Source of the DNA: Enhygromyxa salina
GTDB taxonomy: Bacteria > Myxococcota_A > Polyangia > Nannocystales > Nannocystaceae
Assembly (NCBI RefSeq): GCF_000737335.2
Contig: NZ_JMCC02000029.1
Location: 67,447-99,446 of the forward strand
DNA length: 32,000 nt
Reading direction: 5' to 3'
In this document: positions 1-9,938 of the stretch, piece after piece
How the letters are laid out: each line of letters opens with the position of its first letter
Position numbering within the stretch: position 1 is the first letter of the stretch
Program-made: the position numbers and the translations under genes
The notes under the pieces: model-generated
What the model was told of the DNA's origin: nothing
The model's input: only the letters and a program-made list of their open reading frames with translations
The model's database searches: none

Positions 1-445
1 CGTCGGGTCCAGGTGCGCCGCACGAGGCCTCGAACGAGGACATCACGTTGCCGATTGCGATGTCGTTGTCGCCCTCGACCAGCGGCTCGGCATCGAACTC
101 GGCGCAGGGGATCTCGCCATCGCCGTCGCCATCCCCGTCACCGGTACCATCGCCGTCGCCGTCCCCGGTAGCATCGCCGTCCCCGTCGCCGTCGCCGTCG
201 CCGTCTCCGGTGTCGTCGCCATCACCGTCGCCGGGATCGCCGTCGCCGTCGCCGTCGCCCGTGCCCGTATCAATGTCCCCGGTAGCATCACCGTCGCCGT
301 CGCCGTCGCCGTTCGAGCCTGTCTCTTCGTCAGCGACGTTGATGTCGATCTCTTCAGGCTCGATCTTCTCCAGGATGCAACCCTGCAGCGCGAGCGCGCC
401 GCCCAAGACCAAGCTGGAGAGTCCAAATTTTGCTGCGTTCGTCAT
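1..445 (-). CDS. Putative lipoprotein with acidic Gly-Asp repeat linker. The 3' end runs off the window. Paralog of 491..1144.
   Basis: ATG at 445. The frame is absent from the supplied ORF track because it has no stop inside the window. My translation is MTNAAKFGLSSLVLGGALALQGC (lipobox LQGC), then ILEKIEPEEIDINVADEE, (GDGDGD)n, and ...EIPCAEFDAEPLVEGDNDIAIGNVMSSFEASCGAPGPD. It is colinear with the product of the next gene. The track ORFs 43..426(-) and 48..494(+) are alternative frames of the same hexanucleotide repeat. Confidence 0.6.
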   Translation of the reverse strand, partial: MTNAAKFGLSSLVLGGALALQGCILEKIEPEEIDINVADEETGSNGDGDGDGDATGDIDTGTGDGDGDGDPGDGDGDDTGDGDGDGDGDGDATGDGDGDGTGDGDGDGDGEIPCAEFDAEPLVEGDNDIAIGNVMSSFEASCGAPGPD

Positions 446-490
446 GTCATGTTCCTCGCAAGTTCAAGGGGGCAAACGAGTTGCCAGGGG

Positions 491-1144
491 CTAAATGGGG
501 TTGATCTCGAGGCTGCCGGTTCCGCCGGAGGTGAACGAGTCGATCAGAATGTAGACCTGCTCACCCACCATCACATCGAGCTCGAGGATCTGCGGTGCGG
601 GCTCGCAGTCGAGCTCTTCGCATAGCTGGTTCATGATGTACACCGCGCCCTCGAAGGTTGGATTGCTCAGGGTGATCTGCACGGTGCCGTCGAGGGTCGC
701 GGTGTAGATGAACGCGGCCTCGGGTCCGGCTCCGCCACACATTCCCGCGAGCAACGAGACGCCATCGAGTACGTCGATCTGGTTCGCGCCGTCGAACACT
801 TCGGTTGGCACGAGGCTGTCACATGGCGTGTCGCCATCGCCATCACCGTCGCCGGTATCTGCAGTGTCGCCATCGCCATCGCCATCGCCATCGCCGTCGC
901 CACTTGGATCCCCATCACCGTCGCCGGTGTTGGCGTCGGTCCCGCCTTCATCATCACCAGTCTCGGTTCCGGTCACGGCACCGGTGCCGCTCTCATCAGC
1001 GACGTCGATGTCGATCTCCTCTGGTTCGATCTTGGCGATCCCGCAGCCGGTCAGCGGGAGCGAGAGCAGCAGGCCAAGACCCGCGATCCCCGCGAGGATC
1101 GGGCGTGAAGAAGGGCACGTTTTGGGAAGCAAAAAAATGGTCAT
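491..1144 (-). CDS. Putative lipoprotein with acidic Gly-Asp repeat linker and Cys-containing C-terminal domain
   Basis: Track ORF is 491..1228. The internal ATG at 1144 gives MTIFLLPKTCPSSRPILAGIAGLGLLLSLPLTGC, a signal peptide with lipobox LTGC. This is followed by IEPEEIDIDVADE, a GDGDGD linker and a ~110-aa C-terminal domain (PCDSL...CGGAGPEAAFIY...LCEELDCE...SLEINPI). Confidence 0.7.
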   Translation of the reverse strand: MTIFLLPKTCPSSRPILAGIAGLGLLLSLPLTGCGIAKIEPEEIDIDVADESGTGAVTGTETGDDEGGTDANTGDGDGDPSGDGDGDGDGDGDTADTGDGDGDGDTPCDSLVPTEVFDGANQIDVLDGVSLLAGMCGGAGPEAAFIYTATLDGTVQITLSNPTFEGAVYIMNQLCEELDCEPAPQILELDVMVGEQVYILIDSFTSGGTGSLEINPI

Positions 1145-1322
1145 GAAAGTCTCGTTTGGGGCGGGCGCCCGTGGGTGGCCCCTGGGGCCCCGTCCGCAGC
1201 AAGTAGAAGTCCGAGGTAGATGTACCATGAGCGCTACGGATCGATCGTTCTTCGGCGACTGTCCTCTAGGCCAAAGCCCAGCCCTGGGCGAGAAGATTGC
1301 GCACTGCTAGGATCGCGCTGGC

Positions 1323-1970
1323 ATGGCTCAGGTACCCGCGGCCAAGTCGGACATCGACCTGCTCGAGAGCTGGCGGGAAGGCGACGCGCGGGCCGGTAAC
1401 GAGCTGTTCAACCGCCACTTCGACTGCATCTGCCGGTTCTTCGCGAACAAGGCCCCCAACGAGGTCGACGACCTCATCCAAAGAACCTTCCTCGCGTGCG
1501 TCGAGGGCCGGGATCGGTTCCGCGGCGACGCCAGCTTCCGCGGCTACTTGTTCGGCGTCGCCCGCAACGTCCTGCGCCGCTACTACCGGGACAAGCGCTA
1601 CCACGACGCGCGCTTCGATCCGCTGGTGGTCTCCGTCCACGACCTCGGGCCTGGGCCGTCGCTGTTGGTGGCCGACAAGCGCGAGCAAGAGCTGTTGTTG
1701 CAGGCGCTGCGGCGGCTGCCAATGGACCATCAGATCACCCTCGAGCTCTACTACTGGGAGAACATGTCGGGCTCGGAGCTCGCGCAGGTGCTCGAGGTGC
1801 CCGAGGGCACCGTCCGCGGGCGGATCCGCCGCGCCAAGCAGCTGCTCGAGGCCGCGCTGTCCGAGCTCGCCGAGTCACCCCAGCAGCTCGAGAGCACGAT
1901 CGCCAACCTCGAGGGCTGGGCGGACTCGCTGCGTCAAAAGCTGCTGATCAAGCAGGCCGCCGACGCCTAG
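1323..1970 (+). CDS. ECF-type RNA polymerase sigma-70 family factor
   Basis: 215 aa. Region 2-like: DDLIQRTFLACVEGRDRFRGDASFRGYLFGVARNVLRRYYR. Region 4 HTH: LPMDHQITLELYYWENMSGSELAQVLEVPEGTVRGRIRRAKQLLE. No anti-sigma gene lies downstream; the next gene is convergent. Confidence 0.9.
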   Translation: MAQVPAAKSDIDLLESWREGDARAGNELFNRHFDCICRFFANKAPNEVDDLIQRTFLACVEGRDRFRGDASFRGYLFGVARNVLRRYYRDKRYHDARFDPLVVSVHDLGPGPSLLVADKREQELLLQALRRLPMDHQITLELYYWENMSGSELAQVLEVPEGTVRGRIRRAKQLLEAALSELAESPQQLESTIANLEGWADSLRQKLLIKQAADA

Positions 1971-2977
1971 AGCATTGAAATCTCGCGGAGCATGGCGGCG
2001 ACGGTGGGCGCGTCGAGCTGCTCGGCGATGTCGCTGGAGAAGTGATACCCGGGCGGGACCGGCTTGCCCTCGCGCTTGGGGCCACCCCACCACGGAAAGC
2101 TTGGGGTGATCACGAAGTGGCGATCGTACTCGAGCACGTTGCGCGACTCGTCGGTGGTGATCATCAGCTCGTGGATCTTCTCGCCCGGGCGGATCCCGAT
2201 CACCTGCTTGATGGCATCTGGCGCCACGGCGTTGGCCAAGGTCGCAACGGTGCACGCGGGGATCTTGGGCACGAAGACCTCGCCGCCCTGGCCGTCTTGC
2301 AGGGTCAGCATGACCAGGTCGATCGCCTGCTCCATGCGGATCCAAAACCGGGTCATCGTGGGATCGGTCAGGGTCAGGGTGCCGGTCTCGCGTTGCTGCA
2401 AGAACACGGGCAGCACGCTGCCCTTCGAGCCAACGACGTTGCCATAGCGGACCAGCTTGAACTTGGGGCCGTCCTTGCCGCTGTAGGAGTTGGCGGCGAC
2501 CAGCAGCTTCTCCATGCACAGCTTGGTCGCCCCGTACAAGTTGACCGGGCTCGCGGCCTTGTCGGTCGACAGGCCGATCACGGTCTCGACGTCGCGCTCG
2601 AGCGCCGCGTCGATCAGGTTGGCCGCGCCGTCGACGTTGGTGCGGATCGCCTCGATCGGGTTGTACTCGGCCAGCGGCACGTGCTTCATCGCGGCCGCGT
2701 GGACGACGATGTCGACGCCCCGCAGCGCTCGCAGCAGGCGGGAGCGATCCCGGATGTCGCCGACGAAGTAGCGCAGCCGCGGATCATCGAGCTCGCGCTG
2801 CATCACGTAGTGCTTTTGCTCGTCACGCGAAAACACGATGACCTTGGCTGGCGCGTGTTGCGCGAGCAGGCGCGTGACAAAGGCGCGGCCGAACGAGCCG
2901 GTGCCGCCGGTGACGAGGATGACCTTGCCGGAGAGATCCGGCGGCGTGTCCATGAGTGGGGGCCAGAGCGAGGCCAT
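1967..2977 (-). CDS. pseB: UDP-N-acetylglucosamine 4,6-dehydratase, PseB/FlaA1-like short soluble CapD-family SDR
   Basis: 336 aa. Rossmann motif VILVTGGTGSFG. Further matches: FSRDEQK, FVGDIRD, VHAAAMKHVPLAEYNPIEAIRTNVDGAANL, LSTDKAASPVNLYGATKLCMEKL, VRYGNVVGSKGSVLPVF, DPTMTRFWI, GGEVFVPKIP, IGIRPGEKIHE. By my recollection these are colinear with Helicobacter FlaA1/PseB. The start is ATG 2977 or the second Met. Confidence 0.85.
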   Translation of the reverse strand: MASLWPPLMDTPPDLSGKVILVTGGTGSFGRAFVTRLLAQHAPAKVIVFSRDEQKHYVMQRELDDPRLRYFVGDIRDRSRLLRALRGVDIVVHAAAMKHVPLAEYNPIEAIRTNVDGAANLIDAALERDVETVIGLSTDKAASPVNLYGATKLCMEKLLVAANSYSGKDGPKFKLVRYGNVVGSKGSVLPVFLQQRETGTLTLTDPTMTRFWIRMEQAIDLVMLTLQDGQGGEVFVPKIPACTVATLANAVAPDAIKQVIGIRPGEKIHELMITTDESRNVLEYDRHFVITPSFPWWGGPKREGKPVPPGYHFSSDIAEQLDAPTVAAMLREISML

Positions 2978-3278
2978 TGCGGGGCATCCTCAGAGGCGCA
3001 CCGGGCCGTGTCAACTAGAGCGCCGGTCAGTTTGCGGTCGTGTGGACCCAGACCGGCGCTTGACACCCTCAAACGGGCCGGGCAAACGAGCGAAGCGCTC
3101 CCCAGTCGCCCAGACCGGAGGGCGCGAGCGAAGCGAGTGCGTTGGAACGCGCGGAGGCGAGCCGAGCACGATCCGAGTCTGGGCGATTGGGGCCTCGTTG
3201 TTCGAAGAGAACCGCCACTACGGACACGCGCACCTGCTGCTGTCGTACTGCGGGCTCTCGCCGCGCACGCAGATCCCC

Positions 3279-4085
3279 GTGCGGCTGCAGCATGGCTGGC
3301 AACCCGGAGTTGGCATGCGGCCCCAAGACATGGCCCAGCCGGGGCCGAAGATCGTGTGGTCGAGCCGCAACCTGGCGCGGGCGCGGGAGGCCGGGTACCG
3401 CGGGGCCGTGGCGATCGGGGCGCCGTGGCTGTACATGCCGCGCGCGCCCGACCCGGGGCCGGATCATCCGCGCAGCGTGTTGATCGTCCCGTTTCACGGC
3501 TGGGAAAAGCAGGCCCTCGCCGGGACCATGGACGACTACGCGCAGGCGCTGGTCCGGCTCGAGGCCGCGGGGTTTGGGCCGATCACCGTGTGCCTGTACT
3601 GGTTCGAGTACGAGCAGCCGGCGCTGCGCGAGGTGTTCGAGCGCCACGGGTTTGCGACCACGACGATGGGCGCTCGCGGTGACAACCCGGCGTTCTTGCA
3701 GCGGCAGCGGGAGCTGATCCAACGCCACGCGTACGTCAGCTCCAACCGCGTGAGCACGGCCGCGTTCTATGCCCTCGAGGCCGGGCGACCGTTCTTCTTG
3801 TACGGGCCGCTGGCCGGGTTGAGCGCGACCGAAGACGCGAGCGGCGAGCAATTTGATCAGTGGCAGCGCGATGAGTTTCCAAGCCTGGCCGCGGTCGCTG
3901 CCGACGCGGTCTGCAACGTCGAGCTTGGCGCCTACGAGCTGGGCGCGGAGCACAAGCGCACGCCCGAGCAGCTGCGCGAGCTGTTGCTGCTTGGCGCGGA
4001 TCAGCGCGGCGCGCGGCTCACCGTTGGCCTGCGTCGTCGGGCGCATGATCTTGGCGTGGCGCTGGGTTTGGGTCGCCGGCCATGA
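3279..4085 (+). CDS. Hypothetical protein translationally coupled to the flippase; 5' end uncertain
   Basis: Track ORF is 2838..4085, but its 5' part lies antisense to pseB. Internal start candidates are TTG 3060, GTG 3279 and ATG 3315. Third-position GC is already high from about 3170, so the real start may lie upstream of 3279. The stop overlaps the next ATG (ATGA at 4082-4085). I recognise no domain. Confidence 0.5.
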   Translation: MRLQHGWQPGVGMRPQDMAQPGPKIVWSSRNLARAREAGYRGAVAIGAPWLYMPRAPDPGPDHPRSVLIVPFHGWEKQALAGTMDDYAQALVRLEAAGFGPITVCLYWFEYEQPALREVFERHGFATTTMGARGDNPAFLQRQRELIQRHAYVSSNRVSTAAFYALEAGRPFFLYGPLAGLSATEDASGEQFDQWQRDEFPSLAAVAADAVCNVELGAYELGAEHKRTPEQLRELLLLGADQRGARLTVGLRRRAHDLGVALGLGRRP

Positions 4086-5647
4086 ACGACACCAACGACG
4101 TAAACGAGGCCGATCCAGCTCTGCCGAAGCTCGGCAGCTCGCGGGCTCGGATCGCACGGCTGTTCAAGAACTCGGGCATCTACGCGCTCGGCGAGCTCGG
4201 TCTGTCGCTGCTGTCGGTGGTGATGATGCCGATCCTGACCATGTTCTTGCTGCCGGCAGAGTATGGCGTGTTCTCGCTGGCGATGATGGCCTTCACCGGC
4301 TTCACGCACCTGTGCAACCCCGCCCTGCACGGATCGGTCACCCGCTTCTACTTCGATCACGAGCACGACGAGGCCGCCAAGGCCCGGTTTCAAGGCACGA
4401 TCCTGTCGTTCTTGTTGGCGTGGTCGTTTGGCATGTGCGTGATCGCGACGGTCACCGGCCCCGCGCTGTTTCCGTTGTTGTTTGTTGATCTTCCGTTTTG
4501 GCCCTACGGCCTGATGACCGTGTGGATGGTGTTTCTCGGCGTGCTGGGGGTCGTGCCCAAGGCGGTCTGGGTCGCGTCCGAGAACTCCAAGCCGTTCGTT
4601 GGCGTCAGCCTGCTGGGATCGGCGGTCAACGTGCTCGGCACGCTGAGCCTGGTCGGGCTCGCGGGGATCGGGGTGATGGGGATGTTCGTTGGCCGCGCCG
4701 CGAGCTTGCTCGTGCTCGCGGTCCCGTTCACCGTCTTCACGGTTCGTCACCTGAAGCTGGCGTGGAGCTGGGATGACCTGCGCTCGGCCCTGCGCTTCTC
4801 GCTGCCGTTGGTGCCGCACTTGATCGCGCACTGGGTGCTGGGCATGTCGGATCGCTTCGTCATCGTGCACTACTACGCGGGGCTCGACGTCAAGGCGACC
4901 GCGGCTGCGGTCGCGGAGCTTGGGATCACGCCCAACGCCGAAGGCGAGCTGAACCTCGGCACGGGCGCGGTCGGGATCTATACCGCCGCGTACGACTTCA
5001 TGAGCGCCGTCAACATGATCGCGGTGTCCATGAACAACGCCTGGGTGCCGCAGTTCACCCGCGCCCACGGGCGGCCTGAACAGCGCGCATTCGTGGCCCG
5101 CTCGATCACCTATTTCATGCTCGCGGTCGGCTCGATGAGCGCCGCGATGGTCGTGCTCTCGCCCACGATCGTGCGTACCGGGCTCATCAACGCCAAGTTC
5201 GCGTTCGCGGCCGAGCTCGCGCCGATCCTCGCGCTTGGCGGGTTGTTTCAGGGGCTCTACTACGTCTACGTGGCGGTGCTGTTCTACTACAAGCAAAACC
5301 GCCTGATACCCGTGATCACGGTCGTCAGCGGGGTGACCAACGTGGCGCTCAACCTGCTGTGGCTGCCGAAGTACGGGCTCGTCGGCGCCGCGTGGGCAAC
5401 CGTCGTGGGCTACACGATCTTGGTCGTTGGCGTGCGCTGGGCGGCGCGGCGCTGCGAGATGCCGGACTTCGAAGTCGGCCGGCTCGCGCGGATCGCCGGG
5501 GTGCTGTTGGCGGTCGTGGCGGCCGGGATGCTCGTCGATGGGCGGCTTGGGGTCTGGCTGGAGCTGCTGGCCAAGCTTGGGGTGCTGGGCGTGGGGGCGC
5601 TGGCGCTGTGGGGTATGGGCGTGTTGGCTCGGCGTGAGCCGCAGTGA
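4082..5647 (+). CDS. Wzx-like oligosaccharide/polysaccharide flippase (MOP superfamily, Polysacc_synt family)
   Basis: 521 aa and hydrophobic throughout, with about 12-14 predicted helices. The N-terminus FKNSGIYALGELGLSLLSVVMMPILTMFLLPAEYGVFSL is typical of RfbX/Wzx proteins. It sits beside a nucleotide-sugar dehydratase gene. Confidence 0.75.
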   Translation: MNDTNDVNEADPALPKLGSSRARIARLFKNSGIYALGELGLSLLSVVMMPILTMFLLPAEYGVFSLAMMAFTGFTHLCNPALHGSVTRFYFDHEHDEAAKARFQGTILSFLLAWSFGMCVIATVTGPALFPLLFVDLPFWPYGLMTVWMVFLGVLGVVPKAVWVASENSKPFVGVSLLGSAVNVLGTLSLVGLAGIGVMGMFVGRAASLLVLAVPFTVFTVRHLKLAWSWDDLRSALRFSLPLVPHLIAHWVLGMSDRFVIVHYYAGLDVKATAAAVAELGITPNAEGELNLGTGAVGIYTAAYDFMSAVNMIAVSMNNAWVPQFTRAHGRPEQRAFVARSITYFMLAVGSMSAAMVVLSPTIVRTGLINAKFAFAAELAPILALGGLFQGLYYVYVAVLFYYKQNRLIPVITVVSGVTNVALNLLWLPKYGLVGAAWATVVGYTILVVGVRWAARRCEMPDFEVGRLARIAGVLLAVVAAGMLVDGRLGVWLELLAKLGVLGVGALALWGMGVLARREPQ

Positions 5648-5658
5648 CGCGCCTACGA

Positions 5659-5977
5659 CCGCACACCCTGAGTTCGTTCCGGGTTAGGTGCGGAGCTGAG
5701 GCCCAAGGGCGAGGAGCGGCGACGACGCTGTACCGGGCGTACTGCTAGGGCACCGATCAGTTTGGAGTCGCGGCGTCAGGTGCGTCTGGGGCCGTTCCTG
5801 CCTAGGAGGGAGGCCGAAGCTGTATCCGGCATACTGCGAGCGCCGACCGACAACGGCAGGGGCGGTCCCAGATGTGCCTGGCGTCGTGAATTCAAACTGA
5901 TTGGCGCTCTAGGAGCTGCGACACTGCCATTGGGCCTCAGTGCCGTGCATAACCCGGATCGAACTCAGGGTGTGCGG
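5659..5977. repeat. Imperfect palindrome of ~320 bp with 28-nt terminal inverted repeats (MITE-like element or large RNA hairpin)
   Basis: 5659-5686 is CCGCACACCCTGAGTTCGTTCCGGGTTA. The reverse complement of 5950-5977 is CCGCACACCCTGAGTTCGATCCGGGTTA, a 27/28 match. Arm complementarity continues inward: CTGAGGCCCAAGGGC pairs with GCCATTGGGCCTCAG, CTAGGGCACCGATCAGTTTGGAG pairs with ATTCAAACTGATTGGCGCTCTAG at 18/23, and 5790-5804 pairs with 5857-5871 at 12/15. The left arm carries about 21 extra nt. The central loop is about 5805-5856. Confidence 0.8.
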
Positions 5978-5979
5978 CA

Positions 5980-6654
5980 CTAGGCCACGGCAAAGCGCTC
6001 GAGCATCTCTAGCCACGCCCCGAAGTGGGCACACTTCACGCGAATTCGATCCAGCGAGATCTGCTGCGCTGCCAACGGCCCGTGGAGCGTCTTTTGATAC
6101 CTGGGGAACAAGCCCTCGATTCGCTTGGATGGCGCCGTGGCCGGACCCTCGTTGATGTCTTCAGGAGTGGCGAAGCTGGCCTGCAAGGCGGCAAAGCGCT
6201 CAGCGCTGTCGCGGTTCGCGTTGACGACGCGGGGCAAGGTGGTGCTGTCAGAGAACAACCACGCCTCAAACTCGTGCAATGCCAGAAACGCAGAGAAGCG
6301 TTGATCGCTGAAGTGCTGCGTGAGGTTGTCTTCGACGTGTTTCACCCGTTGTGCCGGTGAGCCGTTTGGCGGACGCGTCGAGATGCCGGGGCAGTCTCGC
6401 GGGAGCCCGTAGTAGTCGATTAGTGTCGTCACGAGTGCATCACCAGCGCCTTGAAGAATCCGCTTGACGTCGTTCTCGAGCTTGCCAAACGAAGTGACGC
6501 CTCCCTTGAAATTGGGTCCGGCCTTCACTTTCTTCGTCACCAGCAGGGTCGCGGAGAGATACAGGTTCTTGGGCCAAAAATGGGGCGCGAGCACCTCTTT
6601 GACGAAGCGCTCTTCGGTTTGGCCTTCGACCAACAAGATTGCCCGCTTGGTCAC
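5980..6654 (-). CDS. DUF4276-like protein with TOPRIM-like N-terminal motif; putative nuclease partner of the upstream ATPase
   Basis: 224 aa with a GTG start at 6654. The N-terminus (M)TKRAILLVEGQTEERFVKEVL carries the hydrophobic-VEGxTE acidic motif seen in TOPRIM/OLD-family domains, and by my recollection at the start of DUF4276 proteins. Start and stop overlap as GTGA with the ATPase gene. G+C is visibly lower than in the flanks. Confidence 0.65.
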   Translation of the reverse strand: MTKRAILLVEGQTEERFVKEVLAPHFWPKNLYLSATLLVTKKVKAGPNFKGGVTSFGKLENDVKRILQGAGDALVTTLIDYYGLPRDCPGISTRPPNGSPAQRVKHVEDNLTQHFSDQRFSAFLALHEFEAWLFSDSTTLPRVVNANRDSAERFAALQASFATPEDINEGPATAPSKRIEGLFPRYQKTLHGPLAAQQISLDRIRVKCAHFGAWLEMLERFAVA

Positions 6655-7742
6655 GGACGCGCCCCAATGATGTTCTTTTCCCAGAGCTCCCCGAGCGAGT
6701 ACTCGTCAGACCACGCGGACATGTCCTCGGAGGAGAGCTGTTTGAACACGCTCTGACCATCGTCGCGCTCGACCGTCCACACGTCCTCAGGAGTAAATTG
6801 GTTGATGAGAGTGACGGACTGCGTGGCTGCAATTATTTGAATCTGCGACGCCGCAGCGGACATCATGCTCGCGAGGTCCGTGATCGCGGCTGGGTGCAGG
6901 CCGAGCTCGGGTTCGTCGAGCAGGATCAAGCCAGGCGGGGCGGGCTGGAGCAGGAGGGTAGCGAGGCAGATGAAGCGCAGGCTACCGTCGGACAGCGCAG
7001 AGGCCTTGAAGAAGGCGTCACGGCCCCGCTCCTTCCATTCGAGCTGGATTCGGGACGGGTTGAGGCGCGAGGGGGCGAGGTCGAAGCGATCGAAGAACGG
7101 CGCGACCTGTCGGACCGCACCTTCGATCGTGGCGAAGTTGTCGGGGTGCCTCTGCGCCAGAAAATACAGGTAGGCTGGGAGGTTGTCAGCGTTCGCGCGG
7201 AGGAATCGATTGTCATCGATCTCGCACAGCTGCTTCATTGGCGCTGTCGCCCCGGTGTCGTGAAAGTGATAGATCCGGTAGCCCTCGAGGTCCTGAAGCG
7301 CCTGACGAGCACACAGGTGTGAGTGGGCCCGAAGCTGGGACTCGTCCGAATGCAGGCCGATGTCGAGTTCGTAGGGTTCACGATACTTTTCGCGTTCGTG
7401 ATAGAACGCCTGCTCGCGCGCGATGATCAGTCGGTTGTCTTGCGTTGGCACCAAGTCCACGGAGTAGCCGTTGGCGCGATTTCCTTCAGCGAAGTCTAGA
7501 TTGATGTGCAGCGTGTCGGTGTGCTTGCGTCCAAAGTGCAGCAGCGCGTCGGGTCCACCTTTGGTCGCGGTATAGCCAGCCAAATTCTGCGTGACGATCT
7601 CGCGCAGGAGCCGGAAGACCCCGACAAAGTTCGACTTGCCGACGCCGTTGGCCCCGATCAGGATGTTCAACGGTGCGAGCGCCAGGGTCTGATCGCGGAT
7701 CGACTTGAAGCCCTGGATCGTCAATTTCTCGAGTTTGCGCAC
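6651..7742 (-). CDS. ABC/SMC-type AAA ATPase (AAA_15/AAA_21-like)
   Basis: 363 aa with a GTG start at 7742. (M)RKLEKLTIQGFKSIRDQTLALAPLNILIGANGVGKSN contains Walker A. The signature-like motif is LSDGSLRFICLATLLLQ. Walker B / D-loop is LILLDEPELGLHPAAI. IIAATQS lies at the H-loop position. Confidence 0.85.
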   Translation of the reverse strand: MRKLEKLTIQGFKSIRDQTLALAPLNILIGANGVGKSNFVGVFRLLREIVTQNLAGYTATKGGPDALLHFGRKHTDTLHINLDFAEGNRANGYSVDLVPTQDNRLIIAREQAFYHEREKYREPYELDIGLHSDESQLRAHSHLCARQALQDLEGYRIYHFHDTGATAPMKQLCEIDDNRFLRANADNLPAYLYFLAQRHPDNFATIEGAVRQVAPFFDRFDLAPSRLNPSRIQLEWKERGRDAFFKASALSDGSLRFICLATLLLQPAPPGLILLDEPELGLHPAAITDLASMMSAAASQIQIIAATQSVTLINQFTPEDVWTVERDDGQSVFKQLSSEDMSAWSDEYSLGELWEKNIIGARP

Positions 7743-7786
7743 GCGTACCTTGCCCGTGGCGGGTCGCCGCGCAGGCTACCAGATCC

Positions 7787-9829
<2,043 letters not shown>

Positions 9830-9938
9830 CGAGGCACACTACCAGGACCATCCAGACCGCAGCGAGCGGGCTCCCGCTGGGGTCTGGCTGGTGTCGGCGA
9901 GCTGAGAAACCATCTGTCGGCTCCTATACAATGGTGTC

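Noticed and set aside
48-1310. Plus-strand SPSPSP-rich ORFs (48..494, 708..1310) and His/Arg-rich ORF 805..1146
   Set aside because: These are alternative frames of the GD-encoding hexanucleotide repeats. The minus-strand frames give proper lipoprotein signals and paralogous C-terminal domains.
1971-2100. Expected anti-sigma factor gene downstream of the ECF sigma factor
   Set aside because: The sequence immediately downstream is the 3' end of the convergent pseB-like gene, so no anti-sigma ORF exists here. If there is one, it is encoded elsewhere.
5659-5977. tRNA or tRNA-fragment (att site) interpretation of the GAGTTCGATCC-containing arms
   Set aside because: I could not form a 5-bp T-stem around a 7-nt loop, nor an acceptor stem or cloverleaf. 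The two copies are inverted, not direct, so they do not look like attL/attR.
5762-6155. Small plus-strand ORFs 5762..5983 and 5940..6155
   Set aside because: The first lies inside the palindrome with no coding bias. The second lies antisense to the DUF4276-like gene.
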